Shown here piece by piece: positions 28,092-37,711 of a stretch of 64,000 bases of DNA; the first letter of the stretch is position 1; every line of letters begins with the position of its first letter. The notes beneath the pieces are model-generated. The model was not told the DNA's origin, searched no databases, and was given only the letters and a program-made list of their open reading frames with translations. The stretch is taken from the NCBI GenBank assembly GCA_039208735.1, contig JBCCQY010000036.1, positions 1-64,000 on the forward strand, in the 5' to 3' direction. Origin of the DNA: Myxococcota bacterium (GTDB lineage Bacteria; Myxococcota_A; UBA796; GCA-2862545). Both the position numbers and the translations under genes were made by a program.

Positions 28092-30065
28092 ATGAGCGGT
28101 TTGGAAAGCAAGTGGTGGATGGTCCTGCTTCTGTGCACGACGGTCGCGTGTGGGGAGGCGGTCTCGCCCGACGATGGTGGAGGGACGGACGGCATCCCCG
28201 AGAACTGCGGAGATGGCGTTATCGACGAGGGGGAAGCCTGCGACGATGGCGGCGAAAGCTCGACATGCGATATCGACTGCACGCTTGCGTCATGCGGTGA
28301 CGGCTCCCTCAACATTACGGCCGGGGAGTTCTGCGACGATGCAGGGGAATCGGCAAACTGTAACGTCGACTGCACGTTGCCCCTGTGTGGTGATGGGCTG
28401 GTGAACGCGAGCAGCGGTGAAGCGTGCGATGACGAAGGACCGTCGGCGGTGTGCGACGATGATTGCACCTTGCCGGAGTGTGGCGACGGTGTGTTCAACC
28501 CCATTGCGGGCGAAATCTGTGATGACGGAGGCGACTCCACAAACTGTGATGCGGACTGCACGCTCGCTGAGTGCGGCGATGGTCGCACCAACCCGGTCGC
28601 CGGTGAGGCGTGCGACGATGCAGGGGAGTCTGAGACCTGCGATGCAGACTGCTCGGCGGTGGTGTGTGGCGATGACACGCTCAACACCCTGGCCGGAGAG
28701 GACTGTGAAGACGGCAACGCCCTGGGTGGCGATGGTTGTTCGGCCATCTGTACCCAACCCGTTCAACGGTTGCCACAAACCGCTGAAGTGACGCTTACCC
28801 AGCGGTTTTCTGCGTCGTTCCAGATCGCCATTCCGGGTGACGTCAATGGAGATGGGTTTGCCGATCTGCTGATTGGTGATCCCGGAAACAGCGAGGTCGA
28901 TTCGAGTGCAGGGGCGGCCTTTTTGGTATTTGGATCCGCTTCCATGCCGGGAGAAATCGACCTCGCCGATGCTGACGTCAAGATGCTCGGTGAAGAGCGA
29001 TCCGACCGGGCCGGCGACAGGGTTTCGGGGGCCGGCGACGTCAACGGGGATGGCTTTGCCGATCTACTGATTGGCGAACAGGGCTCTTCCAGCGACGGCG
29101 GGGCCTACCTCGTCTACGGCGGGCCTTCGTTGCCGGCGACACTCGATCTTGTCGATGCCGACGTACAGTTTCTCAACGAAGCTGCCGACGATCGGCTGGG
29201 CAGTAACGTTGCCGCGGCGGGTGACCTCAACGCCGATGGGTTTGACGACTTGGTGATCGGTGCGCGTAGCCATGACGAAGGAGGATCCAACGCAGGTGCG
29301 GTCTATGTGGTGTTCGGCGGAAACTCTCTTTCCGGGACGCTGGGCATTGTCAATGCCAACCTCAAGATCATTGGGGAAGCCGCCTCAGATGGTCTTTCGC
29401 CTGTGGCAGGGCTCGGTGACGTCAACGGAGACGGCATTGATGATCTGTTGATCGGAGCCTCGGGGAACGACGAAGGAGGGTCCGGCGCTGGCGCCGCCTA
29501 CGTCGTGTTCGGCGATCCAAACCTGTCGGGGACCCTCGACGTGGCCGACGCCGACATCAAGTTGGTAGGGCAGGCGGCTTCTGACTTTGCGGGTTCGGCG
29601 GTAGCGGCGGCGGGCGACGTCAATGGCGATGGGTTTGCCGACATTCTTGTGGGCGCCTCGGGAACGGATCAAGGAGATGATTCGTCGACGGGCACGGCCT
29701 ACCTCTTGTACGGTTCGGCGACGTTGAGCGGCACGATCAACTTCTTTCAGGGCGACACCAAGTTGCTGGGTGAATTCGCCGGGGACCGAGCTGGCGGGGC
29801 GGTCACCGGTGCGGGTGACGTCAACGGCGATGGCTTTGCCGACATCCTGATCGGAGCCACGGGAAATCTTGGCACTGGCTACCTGGTGCACGGGCCTGTA
29901 GCGACCGGCACGCTCGAACTCGCTGATGCCGACATCCGTATTCCCGGCGGGGAGGACGGCCGAACGGCGCAGGTTGCGGGTGGGGGAGACGTGGACGGCG
30001 ATGGGCTCGATGACATCATGATGGTGCTGACGAACCGCGAAGTGCGCCTCTTCCTGACCCGCTAG
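28092..30065 (+). CDS. Lipoprotein with Cys-rich myxobacterial (DUF4215-like) repeats and FG-GAP integrin-alpha-like beta-propeller
   Basis: Lipobox-like TVAC; seven CGD(G/D)..GE.C(D/E)D repeats; seven GD(V/L)(N/D)xDG.DDL/ADI FG-GAP repeats. Confidence 0.9.
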   Translation: MSGLESKWWMVLLLCTTVACGEAVSPDDGGGTDGIPENCGDGVIDEGEACDDGGESSTCDIDCTLASCGDGSLNITAGEFCDDAGESANCNVDCTLPLCGDGLVNASSGEACDDEGPSAVCDDDCTLPECGDGVFNPIAGEICDDGGDSTNCDADCTLAECGDGRTNPVAGEACDDAGESETCDADCSAVVCGDDTLNTLAGEDCEDGNALGGDGCSAICTQPVQRLPQTAEVTLTQRFSASFQIAIPGDVNGDGFADLLIGDPGNSEVDSSAGAAFLVFGSASMPGEIDLADADVKMLGEERSDRAGDRVSGAGDVNGDGFADLLIGEQGSSSDGGAYLVYGGPSLPATLDLVDADVQFLNEAADDRLGSNVAAAGDLNADGFDDLVIGARSHDEGGSNAGAVYVVFGGNSLSGTLGIVNANLKIIGEAASDGLSPVAGLGDVNGDGIDDLLIGASGNDEGGSGAGAAYVVFGDPNLSGTLDVADADIKLVGQAASDFAGSAVAAAGDVNGDGFADILVGASGTDQGDDSSTGTAYLLYGSATLSGTINFFQGDTKLLGEFAGDRAGGAVTGAGDVNGDGFADILIGATGNLGTGYLVHGPVATGTLELADADIRIPGGEDGRTAQVAGGGDVDGDGLDDIMMVLTNREVRLFLTR

Positions 30066-30170
30066 TCCGTTGCACATGCGCAAACATCCTATGCGCACAT
30101 CTCTATTTTCGGGCTCCGTTGCAAGGTTTATCTTTCAGTTGTTCCAAGGGAAAGCGGAAGGAGAACCAAG

Positions 30171-30650
30171 ATGACGCTCACATGGATGCAGGCAGGAATC
30201 ATCATTGGCGCGGTGGCCGCCGCCATGGCCTCGGGCATGTCGTACGTGTTCTCGACGGGGGTGATGCAGGCGCTAGGCCAGCTGCCCCAGGCGGAGGCGG
30301 TTCGGGCGATGCAGGCGATCAACGTCGCCGTCATCAACCCCCTCTTTCTTGGGGTGTTCATGGGTACGGGCCTGTTCGTGGCAGGGCTCGCCGGAGCCGA
30401 TGTCTGGCATCACGCCGAGGCAGCGAACCCCTGGCTGTTGGGAGGAACCGCGGTTTACCTCATCGGCATGGTGCTCGTGACCATCGGCGGCAACGTCCCC
30501 CTGAACGATCAGCTAGCCACGCTGGATCCCAACGCGCTCTCGGCGGACGCCTGGTGGGCCTACGCCCGACCCTGGCTTGCATGGAATCACCTTCGTACCT
30601 TAGCCGCGGCGGGTGCATCGACCCTGTTCGTGTTGGCCGCGCTGCGGTAA
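30171..30650 (+). CDS. DUF1772 / anthrone oxygenase family membrane protein
   Basis: FSTGVMQAL..RAMQAIN..NPLF; TIGGNVPLNDQL; W..YARPWLAWNHLR. Confidence 0.88.
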   Translation: MTLTWMQAGIIIGAVAAAMASGMSYVFSTGVMQALGQLPQAEAVRAMQAINVAVINPLFLGVFMGTGLFVAGLAGADVWHHAEAANPWLLGGTAVYLIGMVLVTIGGNVPLNDQLATLDPNALSADAWWAYARPWLAWNHLRTLAAAGASTLFVLAALR

Positions 30651-30692
30651 CGCAGGAACCTCCTCCTGAGGTACCGTGCGGGAGGAGGGCTT

Positions 30693-31445
30693 GTGCAGAT
30701 TTCAGTCGTTTTGGCAAGTTTGATGGTGGGATGCTCGGACGAGGGAGCCGATGAAGCGCCGTCCGAGATGGTGCCCGAGGTTGTGGGAAACACGGTTCGG
30801 TTGCAGCGGTACCCTCCGGTGGTGGTTGCGACGGTTCCCGAAACCGGAAGCTCGGGGGTTGGCGCGGTGTCCACCGACGAACTCACGGTTGTGTTTAGCA
30901 AACCCATGAACCCAAGCACGTGGGCATGGGTCACGGTGGATGGAGAGGGCATTCCCATCGGTTCGGTACGGTTCGACTCCGACACCGAGCATCGTGCGTT
31001 GGGCGTGAAGCTCGAGCCGGACGAGACCTACCTGGCGTGGCTCAACGACCCCTTTGGGGTCTACAACGCCTTTCAGGACGAACGAGGTCGCTTTTCTCTT
31101 CCCTACCCCTTTGTCTTCAGCACCGGATCGGACACGACGGTGCTCGATGGTGTTGAGGGGGCAGTGGTGGAAACCACGCCGCCGGCCGGCACCGATGACG
31201 TCGACCCGGACAGCATCACGCGTGTTGTGGTTCGGTACAGCAAAGCGATGAGTGTCGTCGACTGGTTGCCGGACGAACCCGAAACCGAGCTTCCCATCAC
31301 CAACACGGGTCTAATCGATGGCAATACCGCGTTCGCGGATGTCGAACTCGAGCGAGCGACGACGTACGCGGTTGAACTTTCAGGCGTGGATACGTTTGGC
31401 ATCTCCGCCGCGCCGTATTTACTGACCTTCCGAACTTCCGAATGA
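30693..31445 (+). CDS. Lipoprotein with two SbsA-type Ig-like (Big_5) domains
   Basis: Lipobox LMVGC; PVVVATVPETG..LTVVFSKPM and VVETTPPAG..VRYSKAM; both domains end F(S/R)T. Confidence 0.8.
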   Translation: MQISVVLASLMVGCSDEGADEAPSEMVPEVVGNTVRLQRYPPVVVATVPETGSSGVGAVSTDELTVVFSKPMNPSTWAWVTVDGEGIPIGSVRFDSDTEHRALGVKLEPDETYLAWLNDPFGVYNAFQDERGRFSLPYPFVFSTGSDTTVLDGVEGAVVETTPPAGTDDVDPDSITRVVVRYSKAMSVVDWLPDEPETELPITNTGLIDGNTAFADVELERATTYAVELSGVDTFGISAAPYLLTFRTSE

Positions 31446-31449
31446 CCCG

Positions 31450-32457
31450 CTATCGGATGATGAATCCCGCGAGGAGTGCCATCGCGGGTTCGAAGGTCAT
31501 CGCGGTGGTGAAGTTCACGCCTGGGCGAAGTTCGATCACCCCGCGGCGTCCGAGGTCGGTGCCGATGAGGAGGCGCGCCACGGCGCGACTCGGCAACTGC
31601 GCCCCTCCGAGAACCCCCACGCGCGTACGACGGCTCACTCGAGTGCCCGCGGCGAGCGCCAACGTGCCCGCAACTTGGGAGGCTCGGATCGCGTCGTCCA
31701 ATCCGGTGTACAAAAACTGGCCCGACAGCAGCGCCCCAAATGCAGCCTGACCGCGTATCCAACTGCGTCGTCCATCCAGCCCAATCCCGAGTTCCAGGGG
31801 AACAAGGGCCTGCGCGGCCGGCTGAGCGCGGGTGCCGTCATCGAGCGGTTCTCCCACGCTTACCGCGGCCCCGGTGGCGAGGTGGATACGCAACCCGCGA
31901 TCCATCAAATCGAGCCCTACATCCTCGATCGAAGACCCCATGGGAAGGTAGGAGGTCGTCCATTCTTGCCGGGTCATGCGTTGCACAATGGTGGGGCGAA
32001 CGGGAGCCTGGCGTCGCGGAAGGGCGGTTCCATCGAAATAAAGGCGGGTCTGCCAACCTACCGCAGGAATGCGTTTTGCGTCACGCTTGGCCCCCCGTTG
32101 CCGGGCCTGCGCGACCGCATCCCAGATCGGGTGTCCCAGTGGCCAAACATTTGGGTCAAGACCGAACTTAGGCCAGGCAACCACCGCGCTGAACAGAGAA
32201 TCATCGACCTGTGCCGTGTCGTCGTTGATGAATCCTCGAATCGCATTCAGAAAGTGATAGCGAGCGGCGGCATTGGGCGAAATGCGTTCATCGAGACACG
32301 AGAGTGCCGCATTGGCGCGGGTCGCTGCCGTCTCGAATGCGCCAGCCGCGGCGTCGGGTTCGAGCGCGGTCAGGATGGCCCGATCCACCGCCTCCAGAAG
32401 CGAGTCGTTGGTGCATGGCCGGGCGATGGCGAGGCTGACGAAAACATGAGCCAGCAT
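31450..32457 (-). CDS. Secreted hypothetical protein with beta-rich C-terminus
   Basis: Signal-like N-terminus; starts 3 bp downstream of the kinase gene on the same strand. Confidence 0.7.
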   Translation of the reverse strand: MLAHVFVSLAIARPCTNDSLLEAVDRAILTALEPDAAAGAFETAATRANAALSCLDERISPNAAARYHFLNAIRGFINDDTAQVDDSLFSAVVAWPKFGLDPNVWPLGHPIWDAVAQARQRGAKRDAKRIPAVGWQTRLYFDGTALPRRQAPVRPTIVQRMTRQEWTTSYLPMGSSIEDVGLDLMDRGLRIHLATGAAVSVGEPLDDGTRAQPAAQALVPLELGIGLDGRRSWIRGQAAFGALLSGQFLYTGLDDAIRASQVAGTLALAAGTRVSRRTRVGVLGGAQLPSRAVARLLIGTDLGRRGVIELRPGVNFTTAMTFEPAMALLAGFIIR

Positions 32458-32460
32458 GGT

Positions 32461-34026
32461 TCAGTAATCCGATTTGAGGCGACAAATGACGGCGAGACTG
32501 CATGCCACCACCGCGGGTTTTGTACCGACCATCACCACGCCATTGTCGATGGTGCGGGGGCCGAGGGTCACGACGAGTTCGTAGCGCCCTGGCGCCACCT
32601 CGACGCTCGGGTCCACGGCGTAGTGCGTGCCATCGCCCGCTACCAACTCCACGTCACCCCGCGAATGGCCCGGTGCGAGACGAACCTCGGTCAAGGTCAC
32701 GGCCGGTGGTTCGGGTTCCGGTACTTCTTCAACCACCGGCTCTGGCTCGGGGGCTTCGACCGGGACGTCTTCGAGGGGAACGTCCAGTACCACGGGCGCT
32801 GGAGGAGGAGGAGGGGTCGGTTCAGGCTTTTCGTTCACCGGGATCTCAACCGGTTCTTGCATGGCCTTAGGGTTGGTTTTCGTCGGCATTGGTGCGTTTT
32901 CTTCCGGGTCGCCTTGCTCGATGTCCGTCACCTCTGCGGCATTCGGAGCCAGGGGAGCCGGAGGAGCTTCCGCCACGATGGGGGCCGGCTCGACGATGCG
33001 CTTTTCCTGGTTTCGCAGTGCCCATTGGCTGGACAAGATCTGGACGCCCACCGCGACCATGATCAAGGCGAGAGCCGTTGCGGAACCCACAATGCCACAG
33101 CCCAGTAAGCCACTTCCGACCGGCCCACGCAAAGTCTGCCACAGGGGATGGACCGGAGGCTCCGGAGGAGCCAGCGACCGAAGGTCGAGCCGGGGCAGCG
33201 ACGGGTTGGTCGGGACCCAGGCCGGGACAAGGGCGTTGGCGCGGGCCACGAGTTCGTCCATCGAACGAAGGCGACGCGACGGGTCGGGCTCTGTGGCATG
33301 CCTGACGAGGTCCGCAAGGCCCGGTGCACAGGTGCCCTGCGGGTCGAGCGCAGGAATGTTCTGTTTGTACATCAAGATGGCGGCAAGGTCGCGAGACCCC
33401 TCGCGCGAAGGGGGGACCAGAGTGCCGGTCAGGAGTTCGTACGCAACCTGACCCAGCGCGTACACGTCCCACCCCACCCCGTCGTCGGCAGGTTCCGGCC
33501 CCGGACGGTAATGCTCCGGTGGACAATATTCAAGCGTGCCCACAAACCCACCCACCTCGGTCAGGCGCGTGCGGTCTTCCTGCCGGGCGATGCCGAAGTC
33601 CAGTAGTACAAACCCTCTGCGTCCGGCATGCAGGATGTTCTTCGGTTTAACGTCGCGGTGGTAGATGGCGTGAGCGTGGGCATGACAGAGCGCACTTCCG
33701 ATGTGCAGAAGCATCGTAACGACATCTTCCTGAGCCAACTTGCGTGGCAGAGCGTTGCCCTCGATGAATTCCATCACAATCCAGCCGCCACTCTCATCGG
33801 CGAGCACGCCAAAGTCGAGGAGCTGGACGATGTGAGGGTGCTTGCCTAGCCGGAAAAGCGCTTCCACTTCGAGGCGAAAGCGATCTCGGGACGAACGGTC
33901 CTGGAATGGAATTCGTTTGAACGCTGCATGAATGTCGACAATGCGATTGCGGCAATGGTAGACCGCGCCCATGGAGCCAAGTGCGATAACGTCACCGATG
34001 ATCCAGTTACCAACCGACTTGGTCAC
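32461..34026 (-). CDS. Membrane-anchored Ser/Thr protein kinase with Pro-rich linker and C-terminal beta domain
   Basis: LGSMGAVY, AAFK, HRDVKPKN, DFG, GTLEYCPPE, DVYALG; TM segment; GTG start behind GGAGG. Confidence 0.92.
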   Translation of the reverse strand: MTKSVGNWIIGDVIALGSMGAVYHCRNRIVDIHAAFKRIPFQDRSSRDRFRLEVEALFRLGKHPHIVQLLDFGVLADESGGWIVMEFIEGNALPRKLAQEDVVTMLLHIGSALCHAHAHAIYHRDVKPKNILHAGRRGFVLLDFGIARQEDRTRLTEVGGFVGTLEYCPPEHYRPGPEPADDGVGWDVYALGQVAYELLTGTLVPPSREGSRDLAAILMYKQNIPALDPQGTCAPGLADLVRHATEPDPSRRLRSMDELVARANALVPAWVPTNPSLPRLDLRSLAPPEPPVHPLWQTLRGPVGSGLLGCGIVGSATALALIMVAVGVQILSSQWALRNQEKRIVEPAPIVAEAPPAPLAPNAAEVTDIEQGDPEENAPMPTKTNPKAMQEPVEIPVNEKPEPTPPPPPAPVVLDVPLEDVPVEAPEPEPVVEEVPEPEPPAVTLTEVRLAPGHSRGDVELVAGDGTHYAVDPSVEVAPGRYELVVTLGPRTIDNGVVMVGTKPAVVACSLAVICRLKSDY

Positions 34027-34144
34027 ACATCCTCCGGAGCCCTCCCTCTAATGCCCCCGCCGCACTGTATCAGTGTACTGTACAGGAATGCGCCTTGGTC
34101 CACGGTCCCACGCGCGTTAACCGCCAGGACTTCCCGGAGTCGTC

Positions 34145-37100
34145 ATGAACCTGTGGAATGCGCTCATCGCAGCCACGCTGGCCTCAGATATCGTTGTCGG
34201 ACCGCCCCCTTTGGGCGATCAGCCAACAATCGATTCGGCCTTGGCGATCGCGGTCTCGGGAGATCGCATCTTACTTACTCCGGGTAACTATATCGGTTCG
34301 TTTTCGGTGTTCGACCGTCAGCTGACGTTGGAGAGCCTCGAACCATTGCAAGCGGTCTTGCAGCCCGATGGCGAAGGCATTCAGATTGATGGTGCGGCCA
34401 CCGAGGTCGTGTTTCGCAATGTGCGGATCGATGGCCAGGGGTTGCATCCCGGTTTCTCGGTCACCAGTGGGGCTCGACTGACACTGGATTGGGTGCGGGT
34501 CGAGGACGTTTCACGCACGGTGGGTGGCCAGGACGGTGGGGCTATCTCGGTAACGGGCGATGGCTCCTCCCTTGTTGTGCGCCACTCGTCCTTCGATGGA
34601 GGCTATGCGGGCGACGACGGAGGGCTGATTGCTATGCGAACCAGCTCGGACGCCCTCGAGGTCACCGCTTCGCGCTTCTCGGGCGGACAGGCGGCCGAGC
34701 ACGGGGGCGCGATCTACTGCAACGGCAACACGTCGTGCCGCATCAACGAGAGCGTCTTCCAGTTGAACGACGCGGGCCTGGTCCTCAATGGAGATGGTGG
34801 CGCGGTTTTTGCGGCGGGCGTGCCCGACCTGCGCCTGGAGCGTTCGGTGGTGTGTGACTCCACGGCCGATGATGGGGCGGGTCTCTTCGTCGCCAATGCG
34901 ACGATGGTTTTACGCACTACGTTCTTTGACGGCAATGTCGCGCGCGAGGATGGAGGCGCCCTTTGGCTTGGGCAAGATCCGGGCCTGCCCGATGATGGCG
35001 CACCGGTGCTGCTCGCACTGCACAATGTGTATCGTCGCAATCAAGCGGTCCGTGGAGGTTCGGGATTCGCCCGGGGAGCTGCTGAATGGCAGGCCCACGG
35101 CGATCTGCATGCCGAGAACACTTCGATCTCCACGGACGAGCCCGAAGGGTTGTTCGCCGCCTCGTTCAACGGACAGGATCCCATCGCTCGAATCGATCGA
35201 AACCTCTTTTTCGCCTTCACCGGAGCCGAGCCGACCAACCTGCCCGACGATCCGCCGGGGAGTTTCGTCGACAACCGTTCCACCGACAATCCGTTGTTCG
35301 TGAACGGCAACCCCTGCGACCCGCGCGGCATCGAGTTCCAAGCGGGTTCTCCGGCGATCGACGTGTACACGACCGCGCCGGACCCCACCAACCCGTTGAA
35401 CGTGTTCTATCCCGACGCCTTGCTCGTCGATCTTGACGGTACGGCAGCCGATCTTGGGGTTTGGGGAACGCAGGAGGCACTTGCCGACGGCGATGGAGAT
35501 GGGTTCATCCGGGGCCTCGAAGACTGTGATGACACCAACGCAGCGGTGTTTCCGGGCGCTGTCGAAGTCGTGGGGAACGGCATCGATGAGGACTGTGACG
35601 GCGGAGACCTCTGTCTGCTGGATGCCGACGGCGACGGGTTTGGCGACCTCGTGTCGACGCGCGAGAGCGGGAATCTGTCGTGTACAGAGCCGGGCGAGAC
35701 CGAGGCAACGGTGGCCGATTGCGACGATGCATCGCCCGAGCGGTATCCGGGGGCGATCGAGCTTTGTAACGGTGTTGATGACGATTGTGACGGCGTTGGC
35801 GGTCCCCAAGATTCGTACGACACCGACGGCATCTCATGGGCCGACGAGGTGGGGGTCGGCGCGGACGACTGCAACGACGATAGCGACTTCGACGGCATCC
35901 CCGACGTCGTCGAATGGCTGCAGGAGGACTCGGACGGCGATGGCCAATGGGACATCGTAGATGATGACGATGATAACGACGGAATTCCGTCGAGCGTCGA
36001 GGGAACGGGGGACATTGAAGGGTCGGTTCCCTGCGAGGTGAAGTCGCAAGCCGATGGCATACCGAACTATCTGGATCTCGACAGCGATGGGGACTTGGTT
36101 CCCGACGCCCTTGAGGCCTTCGATGGCGATGACAACGGGGTCATCGATGCGTTTGAGTGTCGCCCATGTGACGGGCCGGACGATGATGACGATGGCCTCT
36201 GCAACCTCATCGAGGAGCTGCTTGGGCTCGACCCGGGGTCGTCCGACTCCGACGGCGACGGGCTCGATGATGCCCACGAACTCACCGTAGGACCTTACGA
36301 CCCAGACCAGGACGGTGTCCCAAACGCGCTCGACCCCGATGACGACAACGACGGAGTGCTCACCGCTGACGAGACGGCCAACGGCACGGTACTCGAAGAC
36401 CAAGACGGCGATGGGGTCTTGGACCATCTCGATCCTCGTGATTGGGATGGTCCGGGCTTCGACCGTGATCTCGATGGGCTCACGAATGCCGAGGAAGCTC
36501 AGGCGGGAACCGACCCCGCGCGGGCCGACAGCGACCGCGACGGTCTGGTCGATGGATTTGAGGTGGCCAGTCCTAAGGCGCCTCGTGACTTCGATGGGGA
36601 CGAACTGATCGATGCGCTCGACCCAGACGATGACGGGGATGGCGTGGACACGCGGACGGAAGGCCCGGTCGATACCGATGGCGATGGCATGCTCGATCCC
36701 TACGATCTCGATTCGGATGGAGATGGCATCCTCGATGCCGAGGAATCGCTCGACGATCTGGACTGCGACGGCCGTCCCGAACGAGTGGATGCCGTCAACG
36801 ATGCGCTCTGCGACCGAGAGGGGCCAGTCGATGACGTTCCGTCCGACATCCCGCCCGCCTGGTTTTGCCAGACCGGAGGTGGGCCCTCGGGGGCGTTGGG
36901 GGGGCTCGTCGTCCTCGCTCTGATCACCGCTGGCTTTCGGCGTCGCAGGCCTTCGCCCGGTCGGCCTTCAGCGCTCTTCCTGGTGCTGGGAGGCTGCGCA
37001 TCGGCCACCTCGGATTGCGTTGTGGTGACGGCCTACGCAGATGGCGATGGCGATGGCTTTGGGACCAGCCAAGTCGTCACCACCGAGGTTTGTGAAAACG

Positions 37101-37711
37101 AACTCCCCGCAAGAACTGCGGCCAATTCCATCGATTGTGATGATTCTACAGACCAGATCACGGGCCGTGTGGGCACGGTCTGTCCCCAGACGATGGGCCT
37201 CCAACCGCTCGACGTGGTGGGACTGGTCGAGGACGGACGAGAGTGGCTCACGTTTACGATGCCGAGTCCAACGGTACGGGCCCCCCTCGCGGCAAGTATC
37301 TGCGAACGATGGGCGAGCGAACGTCCCGAAGTGGCTGCACCGGGCTACCGTGGCCTCACGACTGGCGATGAACGCCCCCTTCCCGAGACCGGGCTTGCCC
37401 GTTTGACCCCAGGTTGGGCCGGCTTCGTCGCGCTGCAGTACAGCGATGGACAATGGCAGTGGCCCGATGGAACAACGCCTTCGTCAGAGGCGTACTGTGA
37501 AGGCGTTTCCCCCTCTCTTCTGGACTTTCTCTCCGCGGTGAGTCCTCGCGATCCGGCCTTCGAAGATCTTCGGGCTGAGGTGCAGCGCGACGCACGGCTT
37601 GCGTGGGTTCGTCAGGCCGACGGATGGTGTCTTGGGGCGCTCCAAACGGCGCATGTGTTTTGTTCACGACCCGCTCCCGATCCGGCGAATCACACGCAGG
37701 TGGCTCGCTAA
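34145..37711 (+). CDS. Large surface protein: beta-helix (GGA[IL] repeats), MopE-like and TSP3-like Ca-binding repeats, internal MYXO-CTERM-like segment, C-terminal extra domain
   Basis: GGAI/GGAL repeats; DCDD..FPGA.E..NGIDEDCDG; many DxDxDG motifs; WFCQTGGG..LVVLALITAGFRRRR about 250 aa before the stop. Confidence 0.85.
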   Translation: MNLWNALIAATLASDIVVGPPPLGDQPTIDSALAIAVSGDRILLTPGNYIGSFSVFDRQLTLESLEPLQAVLQPDGEGIQIDGAATEVVFRNVRIDGQGLHPGFSVTSGARLTLDWVRVEDVSRTVGGQDGGAISVTGDGSSLVVRHSSFDGGYAGDDGGLIAMRTSSDALEVTASRFSGGQAAEHGGAIYCNGNTSCRINESVFQLNDAGLVLNGDGGAVFAAGVPDLRLERSVVCDSTADDGAGLFVANATMVLRTTFFDGNVAREDGGALWLGQDPGLPDDGAPVLLALHNVYRRNQAVRGGSGFARGAAEWQAHGDLHAENTSISTDEPEGLFAASFNGQDPIARIDRNLFFAFTGAEPTNLPDDPPGSFVDNRSTDNPLFVNGNPCDPRGIEFQAGSPAIDVYTTAPDPTNPLNVFYPDALLVDLDGTAADLGVWGTQEALADGDGDGFIRGLEDCDDTNAAVFPGAVEVVGNGIDEDCDGGDLCLLDADGDGFGDLVSTRESGNLSCTEPGETEATVADCDDASPERYPGAIELCNGVDDDCDGVGGPQDSYDTDGISWADEVGVGADDCNDDSDFDGIPDVVEWLQEDSDGDGQWDIVDDDDDNDGIPSSVEGTGDIEGSVPCEVKSQADGIPNYLDLDSDGDLVPDALEAFDGDDNGVIDAFECRPCDGPDDDDDGLCNLIEELLGLDPGSSDSDGDGLDDAHELTVGPYDPDQDGVPNALDPDDDNDGVLTADETANGTVLEDQDGDGVLDHLDPRDWDGPGFDRDLDGLTNAEEAQAGTDPARADSDRDGLVDGFEVASPKAPRDFDGDELIDALDPDDDGDGVDTRTEGPVDTDGDGMLDPYDLDSDGDGILDAEESLDDLDCDGRPERVDAVNDALCDREGPVDDVPSDIPPAWFCQTGGGPSGALGGLVVLALITAGFRRRRPSPGRPSALFLVLGGCASATSDCVVVTAYADGDGDGFGTSQVVTTEVCENELPARTAANSIDCDDSTDQITGRVGTVCPQTMGLQPLDVVGLVEDGREWLTFTMPSPTVRAPLAASICERWASERPEVAAPGYRGLTTGDERPLPETGLARLTPGWAGFVALQYSDGQWQWPDGTTPSSEAYCEGVSPSLLDFLSAVSPRDPAFEDLRAEVQRDARLAWVRQADGWCLGALQTAHVFCSRPAPDPANHTQVAR

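Noticed and set aside
28200..28760. Tandem DNA repeats of about 81 bp
   Set aside because: Explained by the coding Cys-rich protein repeats.
30071..30104. Repeated TGCGCA(A)CATC motif upstream of the DUF1772 gene
   Set aside because: Could be an operator, but it is too short and no cognate regulator is adjacent.
31675..33108. 477-aa plus-strand ORF
   Set aside because: Antisense to two better-supported genes; no recognisable domain.
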